Part shown: positions 1-8,467 of the stretch, piece after piece | Numbering within the stretch: the first letter of the stretch is position 1 | How the letters are laid out: every line of letters starts with the position of its first letter | DNA from: a virus | Taxonomy: Duplodnaviria; Caudoviricetes | Length of the DNA stretch: 55,819 bases | Strand: one strand, 5' to 3' | IMG/VR virus record: IMGVR_UViG_3300044832_000059 | Coordinates: 1 to 55,819 of that record | The notes under the pieces: model-generated | What the model saw: only the letters and a program-made list of their open reading frames with translations | Database searches by the model: none | Told to the model about the DNA's origin: nothing | Made by a program: the position numbers and the translations under genes

Positions 1-127
1 ATATCCATATGTCCATTAAAGATTAGCACTCGATAACATTCATTGATAAGGTGAAAGAGATTGTCGATATGCTCAAGGACATGGTGTGCTTTGATTTCAT
101 CAACAGAATTGTCTTTGAAAGGTAATT
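1..127. repeat. Terminal direct repeat / circular assembly overlap, copy 1
   Basis: 1-127 is identical to 55693-55819. 127 is a common assembler k-mer, and an ORF reads through the junction. Confidence 0.97.
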
Positions 128-266
128 TCATTCTAGGATTATCAAGATCCATAACAATATCGATAGAATCCTCCTGTTGATATTTATCGATACTTGTCCA
201 CCCTTCTTGCCTGACTATTCCAGCACCCAAATCAATCTTTATACTTTTCTTAGGTTCTTCTTTCAT
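1..266 (-). CDS. Class I SAM-dependent methyltransferase, 5' part (continues across the junction into 55692..55404)
   Basis: My translation from ATG 266 is MKEEPKKSIKIDLGAGIVRQEGWTSID...LPFKDNSVDEIKAHHVLEHIDNLFHLINECYRVL. It has the DLGAG motif I and the HVLEH...E.YRVL Methyltransf_11-type motifs. Confidence 0.88.
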   Translation of the reverse strand, partial: MKEEPKKSIKIDLGAGIVRQEGWTSIDKYQQEDSIDIVMDLDNPRMKLPFKDNSVDEIKAHHVLEHIDNLFHLINECYRVLIFNGHMD

Positions 267-267
267 A

Positions 268-939
268 TTAAAAATCCTCCAAAGGAAGTGTTAGTTTTTT
301 ACTGATCCTATCCTTTTCTCCTATCACGTGACATCCTGCATTAACACCTTTCTCCCCAAGCTGCAAAAGTTCAAGATGCTTACATTCACCTTCTACTTGT
401 GTAAAGGTAAATCCTTTTTTCCTTGCTTCACTTCCAAAAAGTACATCATACATTCCATATACTTTGTGTGGGTCAGCAGAATACCAAGAAAGATTAGATA
501 TGTTGAATGCTTTATCAGCCTTAAATATTGGCTTATCAAATGCCTCAAGAACAGAGCGTTTCATAAACGTACATCCAAATCCTGTAAAGAGAATCTTACC
601 TGTAATCTCTGATTTTACAATTGTGTTATATCCCCCATTAAACCCATAATCTACGGCTGCAATATCAGCTTCAACCATGATATCGAGAAATCTATCAAGT
701 GCTTTAACAGGAGGTACGGTATCCTCCTCAATCCACCATATGTATGCAATATCTGCATCTCGTAATGCTTGTTCTGCAAGTGTATTAAAGCATTCGGGGA
801 TGGGAAGACTGTTTGTTCTAAAAACAACGATGTTGGGGTAAGTGCTTCGTACATCCTCAATGTACTGTTCAACTTCAGTAAAAGAGAGTCCTCTAGTAGG
901 CACGAGTATTGCGACTTTTGGTTGCTGTTTTATTTCCAT
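268..939 (-). CDS. GT-A fold glycosyltransferase-like protein (start probably ATG 939, not 1209)
   Basis: KVAILVPTRG N-terminal strand, YIWWIEEDT (DxD-like) and TGFGCTFMKRSVLE. The longer track ORF overlaps 953-1354. Confidence 0.7.
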   Translation of the reverse strand: MEIKQQPKVAILVPTRGLSFTEVEQYIEDVRSTYPNIVVFRTNSLPIPECFNTLAEQALRDADIAYIWWIEEDTVPPVKALDRFLDIMVEADIAAVDYGFNGGYNTIVKSEITGKILFTGFGCTFMKRSVLEAFDKPIFKADKAFNISNLSWYSADPHKVYGMYDVLFGSEARKKGFTFTQVEGECKHLELLQLGEKGVNAGCHVIGEKDRISKKLTLPLEDF

Positions 940-952
940 TATCGTATTTTTA

Positions 953-1354
953 CTAGGATGAATTAGCTTTTTTAGCCTCATTCTCCTTTTGTATTTGTAC
1001 CATTGTTGGGGCAAGTTGAATACATCCTTTACAGTAATATTCTTTATTAAATACTTCAAATGCTGCCTTTTTCTTGCATAACTGACAGAAATGTTTTGGA
1101 GTATAAATTGCAAATGTTCCTGCAAGGTTATCATAAAAAACACCAATTTCTTTACTAGAAGAATGTCCCACTCGTGGAACGCATATTGAATTGATAAGAT
1201 TAATAGCAAGTGTCTTTGCCATCTCCCCCATCTCTTTTATCACAGAGTACGTGTTTATTAATGTCAGTTCACCTTTGGTAAAAGTATACTCTGATTTTGT
1301 ATAAAACCTTTCTGGATACTGCTCTTGTTCAATAGCTTTATCTTCAGTTGTCAT
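953..1354 (-). CDS. Hypothetical protein with C-terminal CxxC...CxxC zinc finger
   Basis: CQLC...CKGC; lies in a chain of overlapping ORFs. Confidence 0.65.
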   Translation of the reverse strand: MTTEDKAIEQEQYPERFYTKSEYTFTKGELTLINTYSVIKEMGEMAKTLAINLINSICVPRVGHSSSKEIGVFYDNLAGTFAIYTPKHFCQLCKKKAAFEVFNKEYYCKGCIQLAPTMVQIQKENEAKKANSS

Positions 1355-1635
1355 AAACTATCCTTTATGATGTTGTCATCAATACTTTCATTCATTGTGT
1401 CTGAAAAACCATCATCTGTTTCTTTTATAATGTTTGGCATGGTCCCCTTTTCAAGGTTGTCTTTATAGTTCTTCATTGAAGCATTGAAACAGTTACCAGG
1501 ATGCAACATATACATCGGTCCACCTTCTGAGAAACGAGCTTGATACAATTCCTTTGCTGGACGATGACAATAATGACACCGCTTTTGATAAGAATTACCC
1601 TTATTCTCAAATCTGAGCCTTCGTACCATTGTCAT
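1351..1635 (-). CDS. Hypothetical zinc-binding protein
   Basis: CHYC...HPGNC; ATGA overlaps with neighbours. Confidence 0.6.
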   Translation of the reverse strand: MTMVRRLRFENKGNSYQKRCHYCHRPAKELYQARFSEGGPMYMLHPGNCFNASMKNYKDNLEKGTMPNIIKETDDGFSDTMNESIDDNIIKDSL

Positions 1636-2102
1636 TGTAATAACTCCTTTCCTTTTCTTGTAAATGTTCTTTTCTTTGGTTGTGTATATCCTGTATCTTC
1701 TATTGACTCATTGTAATGTGGATTCAAATAAGGAACAACTCGTGAATGAATATTCTTCTTGCATTCTATACAGAAAGCAAAGATAACTGATTTTCCATCT
1801 ACCTCAGCACTTAGTGTTGACACCGCTGTTACATGCTTTGGACAATCTCCTGAGAACCTATATTCAAGTTTTATTTCCTCTGGTTCTTTTGCTGTAACAG
1901 GTTCTGGTGGTTTAGCTCCTGATTGGCTTCTTGGAAGTGGTATAGGTCCTGATGGTGTATCTACCATGATTACGTCGTCTGTAGACGATTCTGTGACCTT
2001 TGGTGATGCTTTCTGTGGTCCTTCTATTCGGTTAATCATCTCCATGAATTCTTGGTCTGGTAACATTTCAGGAGGAATGCTTTGTTGTGCTGAATTATCC
2101 AT
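1632..2102 (-). CDS. Hypothetical protein (CPKH...CIEC zinc motif)
   Basis: ORF track; coupled to neighbours. Confidence 0.6.
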   Translation of the reverse strand: MDNSAQQSIPPEMLPDQEFMEMINRIEGPQKASPKVTESSTDDVIMVDTPSGPIPLPRSQSGAKPPEPVTAKEPEEIKLEYRFSGDCPKHVTAVSTLSAEVDGKSVIFAFCIECKKNIHSRVVPYLNPHYNESIEDTGYTQPKKRTFTRKGKELLQ

Positions 2103-2478
2103 TGAGCTTCTTTACCTGCCCTTCTGTTGGTAATGCTATTCCTGAGTCCTTAGAAAGAAGCCGATTATATCGCATCTTTGCAATCTCTCCAACCAACTCC
2201 ATATCATGTATTGAGAGAACTGATAACCCACTTCGCTCAAGATCGGTAAGCGTTACAAGCATCTCCCTGAGTCTTTCCTCCATATGTCTCAGTTGCTCTT
2301 CGGTAAAATTAAAATCTTCAACCAATATCTGTTCAATTGCAAGCGTATATTCCTGTGCAGTCTCCATCATTGAAGTTCCTACTCGCTCAACTTCTTTGAA
2401 CGCAGCAATATGCTTCTCAGATAACTCCATCTTTCCGTTCTTTTTCTCAATTACTGGTAAGTTATTTTTCTTTTTCAT
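2095..2478 (-). CDS. Hypothetical helical protein
   Basis: ORF track; overlapping operon structure. Confidence 0.6.
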   Translation of the reverse strand: MKKKNNLPVIEKKNGKMELSEKHIAAFKEVERVGTSMMETAQEYTLAIEQILVEDFNFTEEQLRHMEERLREMLVTLTDLERSGLSVLSIHDMELVGEIAKMRYNRLLSKDSGIALPTEGQVKKLNG

Positions 2479-2689
2479 TTGGTGTTAAGAAAATGTTCTG
2501 TATAATACTGCATCGATACCCTATTGTCGCATCACCTTCAACTTTTGTTGATAAAATAATCTCTGTAACAGGTATCTTCTTTGGACTCCACATGGGAACA
2601 AGTATTGATTGTTCCTCAATAAACTGTGCATCCTGATCGAGAACTTCTATTCTCTGCCCATTCTTTGCATTAATCAAATAAGTAATCAT
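2462..2689 (-). CDS. Hypothetical protein
   Basis: ORF track; operon coupling. Confidence 0.55.
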   Translation of the reverse strand: MITYLINAKNGQRIEVLDQDAQFIEEQSILVPMWSPKKIPVTEIILSTKVEGDATIGYRCSIIQNIFLTPNEKEK

Positions 2690-2831
2690 TATTTCTTGTT
2701 CTCTTCTTACCGAAGTCCCTTATCCTACAAGCATTATCAAAATAAAGACGAGGAGGATACGAATGCTTTGACTGTTTCTCCTGCTTTATCACCTTTCCAC
2801 ATCCACAAGCGCATAGTCGTTCAGCAATCAT
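2670..2831 (-). CDS. Small CACGCG zinc-finger protein (53 aa, below track cutoff)
   Basis: MIAERLCACGCGKVIKQ...RLYFDNACRIRDF; first gene after the leftward promoter. Confidence 0.6.
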   Translation of the reverse strand: MIAERLCACGCGKVIKQEKQSKHSYPPRLYFDNACRIRDFGKKRTRNNDYLFD

Positions 2832-2842
2832 ACTTCTCCCTA

Positions 2843-2872
2843 GTTATAAACCAAAAAAGATAGGAATGTCAA
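2843..2872 (-). promoter_or_regulatory. Leftward sigma70-like promoter
   Basis: TTGACA (2872-2867), N18, TATAAC (2848-2843). Confidence 0.5.
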
Positions 2873-2891
2873 CTATCAATAGGGATCGATG

Positions 2892-2921
2892 TTGACACAT
2901 ATTATAGTAATACTATATACT
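2892..2921 (+). promoter_or_regulatory. Rightward sigma70-like promoter upstream of pentamer array C
   Basis: TTGACA (2892-2897), N18, TATACT (2916-2921). Confidence 0.65.
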
Positions 2922-2941
2922 ATGAAACAGGTATACCTACC

Positions 2942-3062
2942 GTCGGGGTAAGTTGTGTTGGGGTGGGATCGGGCATGGCAGTCAGGGTTAGTCTAGTCAA
3001 ATTATGTCAAGGCATGTTGTGGCAGTCATGGAGAGTTAGGTTATGGCAAGGAGAGTCATGAT
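2942..3062 (+). ncRNA. Pentamer-periodic (G[G/T]Y-NN) array C; candidate guide RNA
   Basis: GTC gg GGT aa GTT gt GTT gg GGT gg GAT cg GGC at GGCAGTC ag GGT ta GTC ta GTC aa ATT at GTC aa GGC at GTT gt GGCAGTC at GGA ga GTT ag GTT at GGC aa GGA ga GTC at. Delimiters at 2977 and 3021. Confidence 0.8.
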
Positions 3063-3080
3063 GAAAGGGGGTGAATAATA

Positions 3081-3443
3081 ATGAGTGAAGATGTATTAAA
3101 AAAATTTTCAAGTAATACTAATATTCTCAAGTTCAATGAGGATGGAGAGATCTCTGGAATATACAAAAAGGTGTATGAGGAAGATGATCCATTCAGTAAG
3201 GATGGAGGAAAAAGGCTTATTTATCTTATTAAGTCTGATGACGACAATAAGGAGAAGCAGCTTTCTTCAACATCAAAGCGACTTGCGAGAGCGATGTATG
3301 AATCAGGTGCAAATTTTGGGGATCATATCACGATTATGCGTTTTGGTGAAAAATACGAAACAGCATTTAAAGTGAAAGTGTCTGCAAAAGAACAAGTAAC
3401 TGAAACTGAAGAAGCAGTTCCTGATATCGCAGCAGACTTTTAA
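3081..3443 (+). CDS. Putative single-stranded DNA-binding (OB-fold-like) protein
   Basis: 120 aa, beta-rich pattern, acidic tail ending in Phe (EEAVPDIAADF); strong SD AAAGGGGGTGA. Confidence 0.55.
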   Translation: MSEDVLKKFSSNTNILKFNEDGEISGIYKKVYEEDDPFSKDGGKRLIYLIKSDDDNKEKQLSSTSKRLARAMYESGANFGDHITIMRFGEKYETAFKVKVSAKEQVTETEEAVPDIAADF

Positions 3444-3444
3444 G

Positions 3445-3560
3445 GGCAGTCATGGTGGGTCTAGTTATGTTATGTCAAGTCATTTTATGTTTTGGCAGTC
3501 ATGGAGCGTTGGGGCGAGTCATGGACAGGTTGGGAGCGGCAGGAATGGTTTCATGTCTAA
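3445..3560 (+). ncRNA. Pentamer-periodic array D; candidate guide RNA
   Basis: GGCAGTC at 3445 and 3494, GGCAGGA at 3538. Segments are 42 and 37 nt, e.g. at GGT gg GTC ta GTT at GTT at GTC aa GTC at TTT at GTT tt. Confidence 0.78.
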
Positions 3561-3596
3561 TCTGGGGTGTTCTTCGGTCACAGGAGGGCATCCCTG

Positions 3597-4217
3597 ATGA
3601 GGTATGAAGTAATTATGAAAGTAGGATCAAAAACGAGTTTACATTTAAAATCAGGCGCATACGCAGCAATGCTAGGAAGAATGCGTTGTTTTTCTTGTAG
3701 AAAAAAGATTGTTGTACTGTTAGGAGGTAAGATACAAGATCTTCTTTGGGAAGATAAATTTTATTGTGAAGGATGTATCTTGCAGGTATCTCATGGTATT
3801 AAAATGCCAAGACAAATCTTTAATCCAATTTATTGGATACCTTGTCCTATCGAAGGATGTAAAAAGTATCGCAAACGATCTTTTCCTTCATGCTCAGAAC
3901 ATTTTGTATTAGTACCAAGCAAAAATCCTCCTGGAACTGCAAAAAAACTGAGAAGAAAAATCTATTATGAAGTAAAAAGGAAACCAAAAGTAACTGATTC
4001 ATCATTTAATTCTCATGGTGATACAGGAACTCTTAAAAAAGACCTCGCTTTTTGTCAAAATTACGACTGTCCTGATAAAAAACCACTACTAAGAAAAGAA
4101 ATGTACAAAATGAGAGTTGGTAATCTGAGTTTACGACCAATGTACTTTTGCTCTGTATGGTGTAAATTTGTTATAAAGGGAGAGAATCCTTCTGAAAGAT
4201 ATAAAGAATGGGTTTGA
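3597..4217 (+). CDS. Cys-rich multi-zinc-finger basic protein
   Basis: Several CxxC/CxxxxC pairs and YFCSVWCK; ATG 3597 follows AGGAGG. Confidence 0.6.
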   Translation: MRYEVIMKVGSKTSLHLKSGAYAAMLGRMRCFSCRKKIVVLLGGKIQDLLWEDKFYCEGCILQVSHGIKMPRQIFNPIYWIPCPIEGCKKYRKRSFPSCSEHFVLVPSKNPPGTAKKLRRKIYYEVKRKPKVTDSSFNSHGDTGTLKKDLAFCQNYDCPDKKPLLRKEMYKMRVGNLSLRPMYFCSVWCKFVIKGENPSERYKEWV

Positions 4218-4221
4218 CCTC

Positions 4222-4250
4222 TTGACATTTCTTCTGTTTTTTTCTATAAA
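4222..4250 (+). promoter_or_regulatory. Sigma70-like promoter
   Basis: TTGACA, N17, TATAAA. Confidence 0.6.
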
Positions 4251-4277
4251 TATCATGCTAGAAGAGATAGGTTATTT

Positions 4278-4344
4278 AAGACTCTTTGATGTGGGGTTTG
4301 GGAGACCTAACCCATCTAGCACCTCACATTAAGGGGTCTTTTTT
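4278..4344 (+). terminator. Intrinsic terminator/attenuator hairpin
   Basis: 4278-4297 pairs with 4321-4340 (20 bp including 4 G-U), followed by a T run. Confidence 0.65.
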
Positions 4345-4869
4345 ATGTTTAAATTATTACACTCTCAACATAGGTATTCAGTAATCAAGCGTATAAAAAA
4401 AGACTCTTTAGGAAGAGAATACGTAATATGGGTATGTAAATCTTGTCCTCATCTTAAAATTAGATACATTAATTTAGAAAAGGGATAGAGCAGCAGAGTA
4501 GATTAACTGCAACCTACCGTAAGAACCATTGACAGGGATGTAACAAGCGGTTTCCCGTCCTTTAACTGTCAGTAAGTGTTCAGCTAGACATCTGTGAGGT
4601 GAAGACCAAGCCAGTGATGCTGATAATAAAAACAACGAGGTTCTGGTGTACTTATTCTTATAGGGAAGGAGAGAGTATATATACTCTAGTTTTGTCATGC
4701 AATATAAATACTATTTACTTTTAGAACTTGAAGTGAGAGTAAAATACAAAGAAAAGTTACTCAATAACTGGAAGAAAGGAGTACCTTTCTTTACTCTTGA
4801 GCCATATGAAAAGAAATACATTCTAACAATGTGTAAGAAAGATATTGATTGGGGACAATATAACAAAGT

Positions 4870-5106
4870 ATGATACCACCACTCACCTTACAACTTGAAC
4901 AGGCTGAAAGATTAAGAAAAGCAAATCAACTGAGAAAGTTTGGTCATCTAGCAACTTGGAAAGAACTCTTTATCTTTCAATGTACTGTCGCAACGCCTGA
5001 ACAGATACAAATGATATCAGGATATGCCTATAGGAAAAATCATGGGGAACCTATAACATTGCCACTAAAAGATTATGCTATTCAACAAAAGTTATTGACA
5101 AGTTAA
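4870..5106 (+). CDS. Hypothetical protein
   Basis: ORF track. Confidence 0.5.
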   Translation: MIPPLTLQLEQAERLRKANQLRKFGHLATWKELFIFQCTVATPEQIQMISGYAYRKNHGEPITLPLKDYAIQQKLLTS

Positions 5107-5129
5107 TTGTTTTTTTTTAAGGTAAAAGA

Positions 5130-6344
5130 ATGAGTAATATCATATCATTTGACATCATGAAGTACACAAAGGACACACTAGGTTTTCAGCCTAGTGCAAA
5201 AGCTTTGACAAGTATTTTATCTGTTGTTAAGGCAAACTTTCCTGGAGTAACACACATTGCTTTTTCAATTCCTCTTAATTCTACGGATCAATTTAAGCAG
5301 TATGGGACTACTCCTTCCCCTCTTTCTGTTGAAGCGTTTACTGATATGGTTCTTGATGTGATTCACAATGCAGGGTATGGAACGATTATCAGAGGTACTG
5401 ATTGTGGTATGGAGCAAATCTATAATTTTCCTCTTATATCGAAGAACCCTACCTTTTATACCACTCAGGTGGTAGGGTGGTTAAATCTTCATAAGTCACA
5501 TCTAGCAAACGGTGATGTTGGGGCATTCTATACTGAAGCTGATGGGCATATCAATTACAACGGTGCATCTCCAGTTGACGAAGGGTCACATGACTGGAGA
5601 ACTGATTACAATGCTCTCTGGCAACAATTGCCTCTTACGGTTAAGAAGTGGGGTACAGCAAATGGGTTATCACTGTTATGTCACACCTCAGTAAATGGAA
5701 CTTCTATTTCTAATGCATCGTATGATGGGAGGACGTTTAATGTGAGTGGGGCAGATCAGTTGCAGAATCAGGATGCTATTAATGCTCAGGGTGGGATGAT
5801 TATTGACTGGTACAACTATGGGAATGCCCCAACGGATGAGGCTGGGTATATTTCGTGGTATAAGGAGTCACTTGATTTCTTTTCTAGGTTGCATAGTGGG
5901 AATAGTATTTTCGTTCAGGAGTGGGGGGATACGAGGGGAGATAAGGGTGGTGTAATTCAGAAAAACGATCCTGGGTTGTCGGCAAACTTGGCAGATCAAG
6001 TATTCTTTCCTTATTTGAAATCAGGGAAAATGTTTGGGATAAATTTCTGGAATTTGTTTGATACGCCTCAAGAGGGTATCTTAAGTGCTGGAGGAAATGA
6101 CATTATGTATTTGAATGGTGGGGGAGCAGTGATGCTTAATCAAAAAGGGATACTTCTTGCAAGCATTTTTAAGAAATGGTTTGGAGGGCTTACACCTACA
6201 CCAGTGCCGACACCCGTTCCAACTCCGACACCCATTCCTACGGGTATTACAGTGTCATCAGAGGGGGTTCCAGTAGGGTCTCCCCATTATCATGATCTTA
6301 TCTTTAATGGGAAAGTGTTGGGGAAGATAATTATTTACTATTAA
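5130..6344 (+). CDS. Putative glycoside hydrolase (clan A-like TIM barrel) with Pro/Thr linker
   Basis: FYTEAD and IFVQEWG acidic motifs, GINFWNL, and a PTPVPTPVPTPTP linker. Confidence 0.55.
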   Translation: MSNIISFDIMKYTKDTLGFQPSAKALTSILSVVKANFPGVTHIAFSIPLNSTDQFKQYGTTPSPLSVEAFTDMVLDVIHNAGYGTIIRGTDCGMEQIYNFPLISKNPTFYTTQVVGWLNLHKSHLANGDVGAFYTEADGHINYNGASPVDEGSHDWRTDYNALWQQLPLTVKKWGTANGLSLLCHTSVNGTSISNASYDGRTFNVSGADQLQNQDAINAQGGMIIDWYNYGNAPTDEAGYISWYKESLDFFSRLHSGNSIFVQEWGDTRGDKGGVIQKNDPGLSANLADQVFFPYLKSGKMFGINFWNLFDTPQEGILSAGGNDIMYLNGGGAVMLNQKGILLASIFKKWFGGLTPTPVPTPVPTPTPIPTGITVSSEGVPVGSPHYHDLIFNGKVLGKIIIYY

Positions 6345-6438
6345 CGTGTTTACTTCGGATGCGCTACCCCGTTATTGACATAGATGCATACCTCCCATAC
6401 GCTCTCCGCATGAGCTGCATACACCTATTGTTTTATTT

Positions 6439-6630
6439 TTATCGCTCATGATTCACCTCCACCTTTTTCAGTCTCTTGGTAAGGAAGGACTCGATATCTT
6501 GAGGAATTACTGATATATGCTCGCTCAATCCAGGTATAACTTTCTCGGTGGCTTGATGCTCAGAGCACCATTTAAATAATTTAGGTATTTCTTTCAGTAT
6601 CTTCTCAATGGTTGGTGATAGTGGTTTCAT
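6439..6630 (-). CDS. Hypothetical protein
   Basis: ORF track. Confidence 0.45.
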   Translation of the reverse strand: MKPLSPTIEKILKEIPKLFKWCSEHQATEKVIPGLSEHISVIPQDIESFLTKRLKKVEVNHER

Positions 6631-6771
6631 GTTTTTTGTACTTGTATTAACGCTCGTTCTAATCGCTTAAGCATTTTTTTCTCTTCTCGTAAAAGATTTT
6701 CATATTTGTAAATTCTTAATCTGCTTCTTGTTACCATGCTTTTAATAATCCACCACGGTTTAATTGCATAA

Positions 6772-7038
6772 CTACTTGGCACTCGTTGACCCCTCTGTGC
6801 TATCAGGACAGACAATGCTTGCTGTTGGGTGACTCTGTACCGTATCAGCGTAGACAACACAATTCTTTCCATGAATAGATACTACCTGAAGTACTTTGAC
6901 ATCTTTACTTTGTGGAGATTTACTTGGCTCATTATTCCAATCTTTAGGAAGGAAAAAGAAGATAATTCCAACGGTAAACCCTAACAAAAAGAAAAAAAGA
7001 AAAAGTAAATAGTTTTCTTTGATAAATATATTTCTCAT
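6772..7038 (-). CDS. Small membrane-anchored protein
   Basis: N-terminal hydrophobic helix LLFLFFFLLGFTVGIIFFFL. Confidence 0.55.
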   Translation of the reverse strand: MRNIFIKENYLLFLFFFLLGFTVGIIFFFLPKDWNNEPSKSPQSKDVKVLQVVSIHGKNCVVYADTVQSHPTASIVCPDSTEGSTSAK

Positions 7039-7322
7039 AAAAGAATCCTTTCACTATGTATTTTTTCTTTATTCATTTTCTGTTTGTAATTACCCTTTGG
7101 CATTGACGTAATATGATAATGCGTCTTACCAGTTAACTTACATGAATATGCATTTTCATTCTTTCGTTTCTTCCCTCGTCGAATCGTTGTAAGTGCTTCA
7201 TTCTTTGTTAAATACGGTATTTTATTGTAGCAACTCCTATTTAACTTTGTGCTTTTGCTGATCTTTGTAATATCTTTCATATTTCTCAATCGCTCTTTGT
7301 AAGTTTCCCCTTCCCATCCCAA
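7035..7322 (-). CDS. Hypothetical basic phage protein (C..K.PY.T..EA...YSC...HYHIT motif); start may be downstream
   Basis: Common small phage zinc-motif pattern. Confidence 0.5.
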   Translation of the reverse strand: MGWEGETYKERLRNMKDITKISKSTKLNRSCYNKIPYLTKNEALTTIRRGKKRKNENAYSCKLTGKTHYHITSMPKGNYKQKMNKEKIHSERILL

Positions 7323-7539
7323 ATAAAAACCTTATCTCTTCATAGTATTGTTTCTTTGTCATTTTTTCCTCAAGTAAATCAAGTGTCCAATTAAACAGAT
7401 CTTCTTCTGCAATCTTTGCAAAGAGTCCTTTGAATTGGTTGTAAAGAAGATCATTTGTTATGAAATATGCTTTGAAAAGGTCTTTTCTGTTCATGTTTGA
7501 AAGTTGTCTCGCATCACAAGCGCACGGATATTCTTGCAA
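7237..7539 (-). CDS. Hypothetical protein (probable start at MNRKD)
   Basis: ORF track. Confidence 0.5.
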   Translation of the reverse strand: MQEYPCACDARQLSNMNRKDLFKAYFITNDLLYNQFKGLFAKIAEEDLFNWTLDLLEEKMTKKQYYEEIRFLFGMGRGNLQRAIEKYERYYKDQQKHKVK

Positions 7540-7841
7540 TACTCAGAAAGAATAGTCCACTTGTAATAAAGTCGTCTCACATCCGCTTTAAGCTCCGACA
7601 CTCGTTCACCTAACCCCTCCTCATTAAGAATTGATTTGACTTCAGCCTCTTTCATGGGTAGGGTCGCCATCCCAGAATGCAGATACAACTCTGAGTACCG
7701 TTTCTCATACTCGAATTCTATTTTCTGGAACTCTTTCGCTTTGATTTCGTATTCACGAAAGATTTCATACATTTTGTTGTTAGCTTCTTGAAGATTCGTA
7801 TGAATTCCCCCTTTCGGACTTGTGGTTTTTATCCCATTCAC
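7491..7841 (-). CDS. Coiled-coil protein, possibly UvsY-like recombination mediator
   Basis: Size and helical pattern only. Confidence 0.4.
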   Translation of the reverse strand: MNGIKTTSPKGGIHTNLQEANNKMYEIFREYEIKAKEFQKIEFEYEKRYSELYLHSGMATLPMKEAEVKSILNEEGLGERVSELKADVRRLYYKWTILSEYCKNIRALVMRDNFQT

Positions 7842-8061
7842 GAATAAGTTTTACCGTTTCTGCTGCTTCTTTCCATTCTTCTCGATCATTTGGTAGTGTT
7901 CGCATATCGCCAGTCCAGCCATGATGCTTATTGTCCAACATCAAAACTTCTCCGAGTAATTCCTTTTCTTCAATAATGATTTTCTCTCTTTTAAGAATTT
8001 CTTCGATATTCAAAACTTTTTTTACTATTTCTTCAAAGGTTATTGTTTTCATAATTAACAC
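7780..8061 (-). CDS. Hypothetical protein
   Basis: ORF track. Confidence 0.5.
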   Translation of the reverse strand: MLIMKTITFEEIVKKVLNIEEILKREKIIIEEKELLGEVLMLDNKHHGWTGDMRTLPNDREEWKEAAETVKLIREWDKNHKSERGNSYESSRS

Positions 8062-8227
8062 TTTCCGCAGTGGTCAGGATCAACACAGTTACGCTCGTGA
8101 CTCAACCAGTCTAATTCTTCTACTTTCTTCTCAAGCGCAATGATCCTATCAATCAATTGACTCATGAGTGTTATCTGTCCCTGCTCTATATCTAAAAGAC
8201 TTTTAATGTCACTTGATAATGTATCTT

Positions 8228-8467
8228 TCATTGTTTCCCCTCATCTCGTAATGTCTTGACATATTGTTCAAACGTAAAAAGCGTATCAATAAGAAAGTCC
8301 TGCTGTCTTTTGTTGAGAACTGAATAACTCTTTTTATCTGTCTCAATAATCGCTTTTGATAAGATAGAACATACCGCCATGAGTGATATAACTTGTGTCT
8401 GTAACTCCTCAAACTTATCTGAACCAGGCATAGTACTTGCTCCTCTCTTCATACTTGATAATGTCAA
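8228..8467 (-). CDS. Hypothetical protein
   Basis: ORF track. Confidence 0.4.
   Translation of the reverse strand: MTLSSMKRGASTMPGSDKFEELQTQVISLMAVCSILSKAIIETDKKSYSVLNKRQQDFLIDTLFTFEQYVKTLRDEGKQ

Noticed and set aside
1-127. Biological terminal repeat of the virion DNA
   Set aside because: The length equals a typical assembler k-mer and it falls mid-gene, so it shows circularity or permutation only.
940-1209. N-terminal extension of the 313-aa ORF
   Set aside because: It overlaps the 953-1354 gene in another frame, and the GT-like sequence begins near 939.
2976-3027. DGR template/variable repeat pair with 42121-42172
   Set aside because: The copies are identical with no adenine-specific changes, both are non-coding, and there is no reverse transcriptase.
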